Source: Chiloscyllium plagiosum (lineage: Eukaryota). Taken from it: a stretch of 64,000 nucleotides of DNA. The notes beneath the pieces were generated by a model, which searched no databases, was not told the origin of the DNA, and was given only the letters and a program-made list of their open reading frames with translations. The stretch is taken from NCBI RefSeq assembly GCF_004010195.1, contig NC_057718.1, forward strand, positions 60,444,137 through 60,508,136, written 5' to 3'. Positions 13,241-27,510 of the stretch are shown in pieces. The translations under genes and the position numbers were made by a program. Position 1 is the stretch's first letter. Each line of letters opens with the position of its first letter.

Positions 13241-16200
13241 TAATACTATTTTTCTGATCTCACCTTATTTTCCCAGCTGACTCACCATTGCCCACATTCT
13301 TCAGATGCGAGGAAAATGTAGCCGAAGAAGTTGCAACCAAACACACACAAAAGATGTAGGAGTGCAAATCTTATACATAATAGCAAGAAAAATAAGAGAC
13401 CAAAAAAAAACACTGTAGACTGTCTTTTTAAAGTTGGGAATCATTAGACTTTTGACCTCGTGGGTCACTTGCTGTCTGACAACCTCCACAAAAGGAGGGT
13501 CAACCACCTCTTAATAGCTTCATGGAAAACCTAACGTTCATATCAAAGTCATGAAGTGGCCTGTCTGAGTATGTGATGGGATCTACACATCACATGATTG
13601 AGTGGGTCAAAGGTTTCATTTGCCTGATGTTGCCAGAGGATGGATTACAGGGGGCTGGCTGCTTTAAAAAAAGATTTCCATCCTACCACAACAAAAATTG
13701 CAGCTACTGCTCAGTTCCCTCTGTTTTAAAATGGTTTACTCAATTCCTTTACAAGATAGCTCAGAATTATTTTCACCCTTTGTTGATTGTACTGTTTCCA
13801 GAGAGAACAGAATGTGGACACTTTTTTTATATGTGAATGGTATTTGTTATAAAAAACTGCATGACCTACCATTGTCAGGCACTTAAGATGTCAAAAACTG
13901 TCTGTCACTTGATGTAATTCAGTGTTTCCAATGATGGATTTCTGTATTACTTAATTTTTGTGAGTTTTGGCTGGACATCAGCCAGGACCTTATATCAAAG
14001 ATACAACTTTTGATGACACACAGCATAAAAGCGTTGTATTTTTCTGATGTGAAGAATATGTTACTTCCTGCATATTTTAATTTTGCACATTATTACTCAT
14101 GATAATGTGCAACATTTGTGTCACATTCTGATGTTATATCAAGCTTATCAGCAATTAAGAAAAAATATGATACTAGTGATATGGAATATTCCAGGGACTG
14201 AAATGGTAAAGATCCTGTTATGTTTCATGTATCAATGTCAGGAAAAGTCAGTTCTGTGCAATTTACTAATTATTGCAAATTATTCTGTTTTGCAGTTGAG
14301 CCACCTTTTCTGATGAAATGTAAGTTCAAGTTATCTTGGGTTTAATTGTAAGAACAATTATTCTGAAAGACATTAGTGCAGTACTAGAGTGTTTGGGTTG
14401 TTTAATTATTTTCCATTGTATTTTCCTGTAATTAGACTGAAATAAACTCCTAATATTTCATTTTAGAATGATGACTTATAAATTCTTAATGTATAAACAT
14501 TCATGTTAAAATAAGTCAAATATATAGAAGCAATAAAGCACAATCTTTTAATATTACTTTGCTTGTGACAGATTCTGCCTTTTTAAATTAAATAATGCAT
14601 TGTACAATAAAAATGTAGAAAACATTTTATTTCCTCACAATTGAATAGTGTTGTTCTCAATTATATGCAAGCAAAGCATCTCAGATCATATGTCGAAGAT
14701 TAAAATGTTGATACAATTATAGACATGTTATAGAACTAATTAAAAAAACTGATATACCTCTGTTTATACAAGGACAATTCAAATTCTTTGTTAAATTTTA
14801 GTATTCTGATACATCAGCTGATGCTAATGCTAGTAATGAATAATGTCTCCCTTAACGACAATCTTGTCATATTATTTTAACTCTGTAGCAGCCCATACAC
14901 ATCTCCCACCACAACATATGTAGCTTGTAAGTCCTATTCAGAGAGCCAGCATGCATTTTAAATTTTCACAGAACTCCATATGTATGAAAGCGATGCTGAT
15001 ATTTGGTTCCATTATTTCTAGTCAATATATCTGATCAAGCTGTGGAACAGGGGTGATAGTTTCATTAGAAACCTAAATCTGAATGTTAGTTTACAGAACT
15101 GAAGTCATTTTAATGACCGCTTTTATTTATGTAGATGTTACTTGCACGATCTTGATTTCTCAGTGCTATAAAGATGTGACTTTGTTCATTTTAAATTTCA
15201 CAAACTATCCTGGGGTTTTCAATAAATTGTATCTGTTTGATGTGCACTCCACGAACAGAATACTGTTCAAAGCATGACGTGTAATGTATTTGATATATAA
15301 GCAAAGAGATCGTCTGAACTGATAAATAAGCTACCTGGAAATGAAATCTTCACTTTAATTTCTAAGGGGACTACAAAACATACAAGTTCCCATGGGCGTG
15401 AAGAAGTGAATTGAATTTTTCCTCTGATTTTTAAGCGCACCAACCATATTTTCTTGTTCAAAAATAAAAAAGAGTAAACAACGGCTTTGATTCATCAAGT
15501 AAAAAAGAAGCGTTACGATTGCACATTGATTGCAATTAATGATATGATTTGTATTTCCTTCAGGTCAAAGTTATTCCACCAGATTGTACACATTTTGTGT
15601 TTCCCAATTAATATATAAAATAATGAATAGCAGGGAGTGATTGCAAGACTGCAATCTCACCAAAGGTTCAATGACATGACAACCTGTGAAATTGAAGTGC
15701 AATTGCTTTTTGAATGTCATCTGAACCTTGAGATATGATTAATGCTTTAGAATATTTCCTTCTATGTTTTTATAGCATATGCTGGGCATTTTTAAATTTA
15801 AATATGTTTATTCATTTTACTGTGACAAACCATGGACTTTTACAATCAGCTCGATGTTAAATCTGTTGCAGGTACAGAATGCAGACCAAGGACTGGATTT
15901 GGTGTATGTGAGGGAGGTTTTGCCTGGTGGCTGGGCAGCTGGTAAGAGCCCTGAAAGATCATCACTTCATGTGTCATTCAGGCATTTTAATTGGACAGCT
16001 GAAAACCTATCCAGTGAGCAAGGTGTCTGGGGTCAGAAGGCAGGATCATTCATAAATGCCAGCTATTCAGAGGCTACTATTGAATGCCAGTACTTCCCAA
16101 GATGGGCATGGACCCAGGACAGTGATGGCAGTGTGGGGGTCAAAGAGGAGAGGTTGGAGGGGTTCATCAGCAAAGGTAGCAAAGTACTTCTCACTTCCTG

Positions 16201-17438
16201 AAACCTGGTTCTATAGCTAAGTGCTGAGTACTTTTGAATGAGGGATTCTGCTTTTGCTCCAATCCAGAAGCATACAAGCAACCCTGAAAAATCACAGAAT
16301 TATTACAACACAGAAGGAGGCCAGTCAGCCCATTGTGTCTGCACAGCCTCTTCAAATCAGAACCTCACTTAATGACATCGTCCTTCCTTCTCCATGCAAG
16401 CTTGCATGTGTTGTGTTTGGTTGTGGTGTTTGCCACATAACAGTTGTCCTATCCACTGCTGGGTGAATCCCAATGGAGGAGGGGATGAGACCAGGAGTGT
16501 GTTTTATTGCCCATTTAAAGATCACAATTGGTAGCAGGGAAGGAAAACCCTCATTAGCCTTTCTGCCATGGACTTTATTGAGGTGAAAGCAGGAAAATAG
16601 TGTAGTACCCATGTGCTGCCCTCTACCCAAGTAAATGGGCACCACCAACAAACTCACCATTAAATTGCACTCTTGGAATTAGGCTTTTGAATAAGGAAAG
16701 ATGGACAAGCCACAGAATTTTGAAATCCACATCTGGCAGTGAACTTGGTCAAGGCATAGGATATTGGGAGGATAAGGAATTGCTGTCATATATAAATTCT
16801 GACTAACATATGGCACCTTAGAAATTGTGAGGCATCAAACAATAAGCAACATTGTTGAAGAATTTTCCTTGAAGGCCTTTTGTTTTTCTCAAGTGCAAAA
16901 GTCCTTTCAGTAGAAATGATAAAAATATGAGCAACATACATTGACAAAAAAGATCCATCAATTTTGCAATTTTTATTTAAGTTCCTAATAGATTTTGGGT
17001 TAAATTGGCAGCTGTATGAGGGCCCTAAGTTCTTAACTGCAGCTCTAAAAACAAAATCTAGTTAATTGCAGGTGAATTGTATGTTCTGCATATATAATAA
17101 GGGAGCTAATTATACCTGTTCAGTTTACACAATGTATACTGCTCTGACAAACAAAGTAAATTTGAGACACAAGATTGAGTGCAGTCATACTTAAATATTA
17201 TAGACATAGAACATAAAGGGCAGAAATAAACCAACTGGTCCAACTGGTTTGTGTTGCTATTTTTTCTGCCATGCATTTATTACATGGAAGTTCTACTAAT
17301 GTTCGAAAATTGGTCTCTATGAATAAATGCAAACACTTAACATATTCATGTGCTATCCTTTTGCTCACTGTTTCAGCAGAAATAGTGTCTCATATAAACA
17401 GGATCTAGCAGTGGATACAAAACTATGGATTGTGACTT

Positions 17439-17772
17439 GGCATGGTGGTTCAGTGGTTAATACTGCTACCTCACAGCACCAGGGACTTGGATTTAATTCT
17501 AGCCTCAGTCAACTGTCTGTGTGGAGTTTGCACATTCTCCTTGTATGTACTCTCCGAATGCTCTGGATGCCTCCTACAGTCGAAAGGTGAGCGGATTTGA
17601 TGGATTGGCCATGCTCAATTGCCCATAATGTCCAAGGATGTGCAGGCTAGGTGGTTTAGACATGGGAAATGCAGGGTTACAGGGAGTGGGTCTGGGTGGG
17701 ATGCTGTTCAGAGAGTCGCTGTGGACTCGATGGGAATAGCCTGCTTCCATACTGTAGGGAGTCTATGATTCA
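17439..17772 (+). mobile_element. HE1-type SINE
   Basis: tRNA head, conserved core, CTGTAGGGA..CTATGATTC tail. Confidence 0.85.
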
Positions 17773-17836
17773 ATGATCCCTGCTGGCATTGCACTGTGGG
17801 CTGTGAGCTGCAGAGCAGCAAAGGCAATAGTTAAGT

Positions 17837-18182
17837 AGAATCATAGAATCCCTACAGTGTGGAAACAGGCCCTTTGGCCCAACAAGTCACACCGACACTC
17901 CGAAGAGTAATCCACCTAGACCCATTCCCCTCCCCTATTATCCTACATTTACTAATGCACCTAACCTACACATCCCTGAACACTATGTGCAATTTAGCAT
18001 GGGCAATTCACCTAACCTGCACATCTTTGGATTGTGGGAGAAAACCAGAGTACCCGGAGGAAACCCACATAGACACAAGGAGAATGTGCAAACTCCACAC
18101 AGACAGGTGCCCGAGACTGGAATCGAACCTGGGTCCCTATCACTGTGAGGCAGCAATGCTAACCACTGAGCCACCATGCTGG
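17837..18182 (-). mobile_element. HE1-type SINE
   Basis: Full-length copy, inverted relative to the 17439-17772 copy. Confidence 0.9.
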
Positions 18183-20089
18183 CCCAATGTTGAGCAGAGA
18201 ACTCTGCCAGGATATGAGATCCAGCACCAAAGTTCCATAGTCTTTGCGTGATTCTGAGCTCCGAGACCCAATCAGTTCAAAAGGGTTGAAGGTAAAACCA
18301 CTGGCTCCTATCTAACAACATTCATCCCTACTTAAGAAGTCAGACTTTGCTTCCCAACAAGCTCGCCCAACTCCTCCTCCACTCCCCCCGTATTTAATTA
18401 ATGTCTGAGTAAGGACAACAGGGGGGTGTAAAAGATTTCTTCTCAAGAGTGGTCCTCTAGGCTGTACAAGGAGAATTTATGTCATTCCTGGTTTGGATCT
18501 AACACCTTTTCTCTTCCTCATTCTCCTCCCGGAACATTTTTTCTCACTCTTAACCTGAATGTTATAAAACAGCCAATATCAGCCTGGTAACAAGAGCTAG
18601 TGAAAAAAGCAAGACCTCGGATTGTGATGGGTGAGTTGGAAAGAAACTGACTCCTGCCTGAAACCTTTAGGAGTTAAAAGCAATCTTCAAGTGTTTATTT
18701 ATTTATGTACATATATGTTTCAACATCAATGAAATTTGTGTATAATGAACACAAGTCACAAATGTTTACAGCCAAATTCTTGGCAAGTTGCTTTTAAATC
18801 ATCTTTGCATACAGTGATCACATGATAGAACGGCTAGCTAGTTGCTTGAAATTAAAGCATGCAATTTTATCTATCCTTGCACAGGGGGTCTTCATTTGTT
18901 ACTCTATATTGTAGAATCAAGAAACACAATACTACAACTGAAGGAACATGATAGCTGAACAATACTCAGTAATCATTTTTATTTTGGTAACTGCTTTGTA
19001 CTGATTTCAAATGTCAACAATGTTGTTTTGTCAGTATCCCTTTAAGGAACATAATATGACAGTTTGCGTTTAAGAGAATGTTTGTGATATTATCATTGTA
19101 TCATTAGCATGTGACATGATGCTATAAAGATCTCGGACTTGGTCTTAACTGGAGAATGACACACTATTGAAAATATGCTGCTCTGTATAACTTAATACTA
19201 GCCCAGTCACTGATGTGCCTCAAGATGCAAATTCTGCTTTTAATAGTCAGCTAGATCTTTCAATATCATGTTATCTATCCCTAATCTGGTATGTCACAAG
19301 AGATAACATAAGTATTGACGCATCCAATAAAATATCTTATTGGAGGGAAAGCTAACATGAATTAATACTGAACTGCTCACTGGCAGCAAGGTATATGGTA
19401 AATTCCAGGATACAACGTAAAGCCAGTATGTCTTCTGAAGAAGCAAATAAAGATCAGAAAAGGTAAGAAGCCTGGGATTTAAAAGATATTTCATATAACA
19501 TATGTCACATATTAAGAGTTAAAATGAAAAAGATATCATCAATGGATTCAACACATTTCCACTGGGTACCCATATACGTATGGACACCTTGGGATGGCTG
19601 CAGCTGGAGAGGAAGAAGTATGATAAAAGCTTCTCTAGAAAGAAAGAAATCAACATCATAAATTTTACAGCATTTAAATAGTAATCACCATGTTTCCTTC
19701 AGGAGAATATTTGCTCCTGGTAGTCCTTGGTGAACCTGGAAGAATAATGGATACTACTTGAGTTTCTTCAGTAAACACAAATACTGGTGCTTTCCCAGCA
19801 TCTATCTTGGGAAATCAGGATATGAAAACAGTGGAAATTATAGTACAGATACCATCAGGCAGACCTGACTTTCTTAATATTTGGTTTTCAATTACTTGTT
19901 GGAACTTCTGCTCATCCCCAAGCCACAGTGCAAAATCTTTTTGGCTGTTCTTTGGGGAGAGACATAAGACTGATCCTTATTTCCATTTTCAGACAGAATT
20001 CAGGCACTAATAAAAGGAAAACTGGAATGCTGGACTAGCCACATGTTCCTACCACTATCTCTATTGCTGTCATCTTTAGTTAATCAAGC

Positions 20090-20930
20090 ATATTGATTAT
20101 GTCGGGACATGGATACAGGTTAAATTAGTGAACAAAAAAACTTGGCAGTTGGAATATAATGTGGAGAAATGAGGTTATGGCAAGAAGAATAGGGGAGCTG
20201 AACATTATTGAAATAGAGAAACATCACAGAAAGCTACAGAAGGAGTTCAAGGTCCTCACCTATGAATCTCAAAAGTCTGGCATCCACATTCAGTAGATAA
20301 CAGAGAAGGCAAATGGAATGTTGGCCTTTACTTCAAAGGCAATGGAATTTAAAGGTAGGGAGGTTCTGTTAAAACAATACAAACCACTAGTGAGGCCATA
20401 GCTAGAATACTGTGAACACTTTTGGTCCCTTATTTTTGGAAAACTATATTGCATTGGAGGTAGTCTGAAGAAACTTAACTAGGCTGGATACAATATATGG
20501 TGGAAGTGTCTTAAGTAAATTGGGACCATATTCACTGCAATTAGAAGAGAAGTGATGACCTTAGTGAAACATACAAGATTATTAGAGAACTTAACAGAAT
20601 CTATGCAGAATGGCTGTTTCTGCTTATGGGAGATTGTACGACCAGAGGCATGGTCTCGATATTAGGGATCACACATTTTTGGACAGAGGTGAGGAGTATT
20701 TTCTTCTGAGGGTAGTGAACCTGTGGGAATTTTTACTGCAGAGGACTATTGATGCTGAGTCATTAATTATAGTCAAGAGATACACAGAATTTTAATCAAA
20801 AAGGGAATTGAGATTTTGGGAATTCAGAGAAAAGGCAAGAAACTGAAGTTGGGACTTATCAGATCAGCCATCTCATTGAATAATGGACAGACTCGAAGGC
20901 CTGCATCTGCTGCTGCATTTATTGGTCTAA
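20090..20930 (+). mobile_element. Old CR1 ORF2 3' fragment
   Basis: Decayed KANGMLAF..LVRP.LEYCEHFW..LRVVNLW coding sequence and 3' UTR. Confidence 0.8.
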
Positions 20931-21253
20931 AAGTCTTATGTTCTTGAACTGGGTGAGCCAGGTGCCAACCGCAAAAAGGAATGTCACTATTAGCCCATGC
21001 AAATCAGAATGCTATGATATCAATAGTACCTCAGTTTTTGGTCGCATTGCAGTTTGTGAAAAATTTACGAAAGATTGTTTATATTATATTCAATTGCCTA
21101 ATGTATTCCTGCTTAAGACGATTGACTGTTGCACTGACAGTTAAGAACTTTTGTAAGTGCTGTGACATTCATTGAATTGAAATAATGAAGTGAGTTTGAT
21201 TTCAATATGATGGCTATTGCAGATTGATGGGCATTGCTTATCAGAAATTATGG

Positions 21254-21387
21254 AGAAAGTGAGGATTGCAGATGCTGGAGATCAGAGCTGAAAATGTGTT
21301 GCTGGAAAAGCGCAGCAGGTCAGATTCTCCTGTTCCTTAGATGCTGCCTGACCTGCTGCGCTTTTCCAGCAACACATTTTCAGCTCA
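21254..21387. mobile_element. PLE family A fold-back insertion (ribozyme core absent)
   Basis: Inverted arms; 15-bp TSD TATCAGAAATTATGG at 21239-21253 and 21388-21402. Confidence 0.9.
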
Positions 21388-22149
21388 TATCAGAAATTAT
21401 GGCCAAGTCTAGCTATCAAAGCTATCTTGTTGTATGAGCTACCAGATAAAATATCCTATGGAGGCAAAAAAGAAGTAGGAGACAAAGGTTTTGGTCAAAG
21501 ACATTGATACTACCAGTGAGGTTCATGGACTTGTGCTAAAAATCACATAAACTGAACAAAATGGGATTCAGAAGGTTGACCATCATCCAGAAGCATGCTA
21601 TGTATTTTGTACAAAGTTGTGCAAGGTTAATGAAATTGTACCAATAAATGTTGCTTTGGAAATGAAAAAAAAAACACTATTGCTACAGCTAAATAAATCA
21701 CAAACTATTAATTATGTAAACATGCTGGATCCACGTGTCTCCCATGGTATTGCTCCCAGCATCCTTGAGATTATTGTTTTGTAATGGTATTATAACATGA
21801 CACACACTGCACATTATTGTACTGCTGAGGCAGATCTGTGTTTAAACCTGTCACTTTATGGCCAAAAAGTCTAGTTGTTGTAATTAAACACAGCCTGAAG
21901 GGTTTCATTGGTCTTTGGTAAGGGGAGTTTTGAATTGACAGATGCTTGTGAGTTTTCAGCTCCAGCTCTGATAACAGCTACACTGAATTTATATTGTGCA
22001 TTCTCTTTTACTATTATATTTTAAAGTGTATTCTTTATATATTCTCAAATTATTGTATATAGCAGCTTTAAATTCCCCAAAATTACTCTGATATATTTTC
22101 ATAGATAGTTGTACCTTTAACAGGAATGGCAGCATCCCCAAGGTTACAG

Positions 22150-22525
22150 ACAGTACACTGATACTGTCACTGGATTATTAATCCAGAGGCTCCAGGCTAA
22201 TGCTCTGGGGACATAGATTTAAATCCCACTGAGGCAGCTGGTGGGATTAGAGTTCAATTAATAAAATCAGGAATTGAAAGCTAATCTTTGTGATGGTAAC
22301 CATGAATCTATCACCAATTCACATATAAACCCACTTGATTCACTAATGTCCTTTAGAAAAAGAGATCTGCCGTTCTGGCATGGCCCCATGTGATTCCAGA
22401 CCCAAAGCAATGAGTTGACTTTTAACTGTTCTCTGAAATAGCCTAGCAACTCAATCAGTTCAAGTCCCATTAGGGATCGACAATTCTGACATTGCCAATG
22501 ACACCCACATCCTATGAAAGAATAA
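22150..22525 (+). mobile_element. tRNA-derived SINE (second family) with LINE-type CCCACATCCCATGAA tail
   Basis: Homologous to 44992-45315; tail shared with LINE ends at about 38580-38700 and 41340-41440. Confidence 0.7.
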
Positions 22526-25500
22526 ACAAAACAAATCTTTGTGAATGTGACACTTTCTCCTTTGCTCTGTCAGATTGGATAATAGTGTATTTCTGTGTAA
22601 ATGCAATCACATATTCCTTCTATTGGATTGATGATACTGGCAGAACTGAAGTATTCAGGATTAACAGTTTATAATATAAGACTGAAGATAAAATAATTTA
22701 AAATGTTAAAATAGCCTATTTTGATCTATTGACTTCTGAAAAAGCAACGGAGGGCAGGTCTGTGATCAACTTTGTTCTATAATTGATCTATGATTTGTAC
22801 TGTTCTTACTAAATTCTTACTATTTGGTCTCTACTGATTTGGACAGAAGTCACTCCCTGATTTGTATCATTTATTTGAAGCAGTACTTGACTGTGATTCT
22901 TACAGATATCTGGCTTTACTTACATAAATATGCCTTCCTTCCTTCGTCATTAATACTGAATTTTGTGAAAATTCAAATTTTTAAGTACTGAAAAATTCCA
23001 ATACGTAATTATATAAAGACCTGAAAAGAAAAACCTATGTTTAGATAGTATCTGTAATGACCTCAGGATGTCCAAAATTGCTTTGCAGCCAAAGAGGTAA
23101 TTTCGCAATGTAGTTACTATTATAATGTAGAAATATGTTTCACACATGTTCGTATGCTTCGCAAGCTTTGTTCATTTGAATACAACAAGAACACAATGTA
23201 TTGCTGATACTAATGGAGAAGATTCATGTGAACTTTTTGCTGATGAACCCTAATCAAGTTTATACATAAGAATTCTTTTTACACTTACATTTGTAAAGCT
23301 TGCACCAATGAGAGTTCTAATCCTTTCTGCAGGAAGTGGCGAAAATAACCTAGATTAAACCCAGCTGGAAAAATAGAAGCTTTTGCAATATGCTGGATTC
23401 AAAGGGTTAATGAAAGATGGTAGCATTATCGGGGACTAACAGTGCACAATAGTAGTCTGGCTCCATCTCCCTTTTAAACTCTGTGACAAAATGTTTTGTC
23501 AGAATGAAAGGGCTGGAACATTGTAAGAAAGCTGAGGTATGTTAAAATTGTTGTATAAATTTGATTTTTTTTGATAATGTGTTAAACAGAATCTATATAG
23601 GTCGCTGGGAAGGGTTATGCTTCCTTTAAATGACTGCCATCTCAGTTGGTAATGTGGTTTGCAATGCACTTTTAAAACACAATGCATGGGAAATGGTTTG
23701 CATATTTGCAGAGTGACTGCTCTGCTTCCCATTACTAGCTATAGTGGCTGTCCATCACAGTCATTACATATGCAGGCTGAGTGAGCCCACAGGGGATTCT
23801 AGTTATTTACGCTCTTTTTCAGGCTTCGAAGCTGTTATAATCATTCCCTGTCAACTTTGTGCTGACACAGAATTACTTCAATTTTTTTATGCACATTTTA
23901 CACCAAAAATACAGGGATTGTCCATCTGCTACATTATGAATCTGTGGGTGAGCTGACCAGCAGTACATTACACAAGCACTGTAGCTGAAAGTGAAAGTGC
24001 AGTTATCCATTCATTTATTGTTTGAAAAAGACATCAGACTTAGGCTCCAGATATAAACTTCTATGGACAAAAATATTTTAAACTGCAACGTGCAGTGCAG
24101 TCAGGTCTTTCATGACGACATCTGCTTTCAGTTAACTGGACATTTTTAAAGCAATTATTCTTCAATGCTTAACTTTGTAACCAGTTCCAATTTTGGCAGG
24201 CTGGGCAGCTAGCATTTTATTCCAGCATGAGGAAAAACTATAATGATGGGTATATTTTACTTTATAGTCTAAAAATTCCACCTGCAGTATAAAGAAATCA
24301 GTATGTTTGTAAAAAGAAATGTGTGTAACCACACCATCATGAAAGATGGGCATTCCTCATCTGGAATTCAATGCTGGAATGTCTGCATTTCTGTCATCTG
24401 TTACTTTCCTTGGAAGGCAATATTCTAAGGACTAGAGTTAGACTGTAAAATGATTCACTTGGTCGAGGCAAAGACAAAAGTTTGTATTGATAAGTTTCTT
24501 GTATATCAAATTAACTTCATAATCCTCGACAGAATATCCCGTAATCAAAAAGCCATAAGTAAATATTGGATCTTATATTTATTAAAATTTGTATTTATTT
24601 TGAGAATTTGAATACTTTTCCTTAGCCAGTGATGCCAATAATGTGACCAGGCACTTTGATGTGGATGAGTTAGTGAATTTGATTTTATGTGGGAACGAAG
24701 TTGACATCAGTCAGTGTGATTATTAATCATCAAAAGCTTCAGCAATTTTAAAATTCAACTGTGCATGCTAATTTTGTCCCCTTGCTTGCTCTGACAAATA
24801 CACTAACTCCTCCTAGACAATACCTCCAATTATGCCAACAGCTCAAAAAACGGAAACAGGCAAAGAAAAATTCAAAATTTGTGGCAATTCTTTGCAACTT
24901 TTAATTTTGTTTGTGGTCAGACTTCCCTTTAAACAGAATAATCCACCCAGAGACTTTATTTGATGACCTATGCACAAACGCACAAACTTGTTTTATCTGA
25001 CACTTAGAATTATTTTAGCCATTTATAGAGCACGTCCCTCACCAATGTAAAGTTTATGTGGTTGCCTCCAATTTTAACCTCACCTTAGAGATAACCATGT
25101 AAAAACAAAATGATCGAACCATTTTTGGAAACAGGATTACCCCTGTGAAGACATTTTAGTTGGTAACTCCAAAATTTAGGTATTAGCAGAAGCAAATTAT
25201 GAATTGCTGCTATCATTTTTATATTCACTCATGGGGCATGGGCATCATTGGCTGGCCAGAAATTTTTATTTCCCATCCATAGTTGCCTTTGAAAAGGTAG
25301 TCATGAGCTTCCTTGTTGAGTGGAGTAGATGTAACTCCCATCATCCTTCAAGACTCTGGGTTTAAAGCTCATATATAGGGTACAATGATATGCTGTTAGT
25401 AGCACTATCCTGGATTAAAGAGGTCTTCAATTGACTTTGTGAACGATGCTGTTTCCAATTTGAAGATGTGCTTCTTTTTTTTAATTTTGCCTTCTTTTCT

Positions 25501-26189
25501 AATCAATCTGTTCCGACCTCTGGAGCAGGTGGGATTTGAACTTGGCCCTCACATTTTGGGGGAATGGATGCTATCACCGCATCATAGGAGGGCCTTTGAG
25601 GTTGTGCTAATGTGCATCCTTGATGGATAGCCAATTGAGGCCAATTAGAATGAAATAATGTGCTTATTAAGGGAAGGAGATGCCACAATTGTTCACAGAA
25701 GTAATGCCCTGATCCAAAATGATCCCTGGTCATCAGAAGGTGTAGCTGCAGGTCATCTTCTTCTGGAACAAATGATCCTCTGGAGCCTGCTAAATATAGT
25801 AGTTTCTTTGAAAAATAAAGTAACATATCAGCATTTTTTTCCTGGGTATCTGGATCCATATCAATACTTCCCACCTTGGTTGACTATTAATCAACTGAAG
25901 TATTTAAATTTTTTAAAATATCTCAAACATACATCATCAGACTGGGACCCAGAACTAACCCAACATCTATTCCCCGAACCTTGGTTAAAAATTCAGCCTG
26001 CTATGTATGAATGAGATCTCCACAGGTATACTAACAATTCTTAATCTCTCAAATGACTGCATAAGTGTAAAACAATGCAATGATATTATGCCATTTTCTG
26101 TGACTTGACCTCTCGAGTATGAAAATTCAAAAAACTTGCTGTGATTACATTATTATTGGCAGTTATACAGTGTGTATGTTGATTACTAA

Positions 26190-26516
26190 GGGTGGCATCG
26201 TGGCTCAGTGGTTAGCACTGCTAACTCACAGCGCCAGAGAGCCAGGCTTGATTCCAGCCTCGGGCAACTGTCTGTATGGAGTTTGCACATTCTCCCCATG
26301 TCTGTGTAGGTTTCCTCCCACAGTCCAAAGAAGTGCAAGTTATGTGGATTTGCCATGATAAATTGCCCATTGTATCCTGAGATGTGTAGGCTAGGTGGAT
26401 TAATCATGAGCAATGCAGAGTTGTAGGGTATTGGGTCTGAGTGGGATGCTCTTTGAAGAATCAGTGCGGACTTGGTGGGCTAAATGGCCTGTTTTCACAC
26501 TGTAGGAATTCTATGA
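26190..26516 (+). mobile_element. HE1-type SINE
   Basis: GGTGGCATCGTGGCTCAGTGGTTAGCACTGC head and CR1-like tail. Confidence 0.85.
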
Positions 26517-26736
26517 CATTTTTTAAAAAGGTATCACCTATTAGTATCCATACTTACACCACAGCAATTGCATTAAAGAAAAAATGCATCAATTTTATAA
26601 TATAGTCCAAAGATACCCAGGAGATATGTCAGGATTGATACATGCTCATAAATTCTAATCATAGTTGTAAACTCCAGGAATGAAAATCTTATGGTTTGTA
26701 ACATTATCTACACATCTTGGTTTGATAATTATAATA

Positions 26737-27510
26737 AAACAAAGGATTGTGAATCTAAAACCAAAGCTGAAAGTACTGGAGAAACTCAACAAGTCTGGTA
26801 AAATCTGTCGAGAGAAAGCAGAGTTAATGTTTTGCGTCCAGTGACCCTTCTTCAGTTCTCACAGAATCCCTACAGTGTGGAAACAGGCCCTTCAGCCCAA
26901 CATGTCCACAGCCCACCCAGACCAGTAGCCCAAATCAGCCCTTCCTGAAGAAGGGCTCACGCCCGAAACGTCGATTCTCCTGCTCCTTGAATGCTGCCTG
27001 ACCGGCTGCGCTTTTCCAGCAACACATTTTCAGCTCACCACCCAGACCTGTTCCCCTGCTCTATTATCCTATATTTACCCCAAGTCGAAAGTGAAGACTG
27101 AAGATGCTGGAGATTAGAGTGGTGCTGGAATGAAGGGTTCCTGCCTGAAATATCGCTTTTCCTGCTCCTCGGATGCTGTCTGACCTACTTTGCATTTCCA
27201 GCACCACTTTAATCTTGACTCCATATTTGCTCCTGACTAGTGCACCTAACCTGCACATCCCTGGACACTAGGGGCAATTTAGCATGGGCAATTCACCTAA
27301 CCTGCACATTTTGGATTCTGGTGGAAACTGGAGCACCCGGAGGAAACCCACGCAGTTACGGGGGGAATGTGCAAACTCCGCACAGACAGTCGCCTGAGGT
27401 TGAAATTGAACCCAGGGTCCTAGTGCTGTGAGTCAGCAGGGCTAACCACTGAGTCTCCGTACTGCCCCTGAATACCTGCTGAGTTTCTCCAGCATTTATA
27501 TTTTTGATTT
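26737..27510. mobile_element. Nested cluster: PLE family D fold-back containing an HE1 SINE (26862-27468, minus), which itself contains two PLE family A insertions (26941-27036 and 27084-27222)
   Basis: Family D arms at about 26740-26858 and 27470-27510; SINE pieces are collinear around the family A copies; CCACCCAGACC duplicated around the first family A copy. Confidence 0.75.

Noticed and set aside
19380..19680. Apparent exon MSSEEANKDQKR with a GTAAGA donor
   Set aside because: Surrounding sequence reads IPGYNV and WLQLERKK, resembling a decayed CR1 endonuclease.
25503..26014. Overlapping ORFs of 123 and 118 aa
   Set aside because: No motif, splice support or homology recognised; partly overlaps a tRNA-SINE-like fragment.
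26190..26265. tRNA genes at SINE heads (also 55262-55335)
   Set aside because: tRNA-like A/B boxes continue into SINE bodies or are decayed; no intact cloverleaf.
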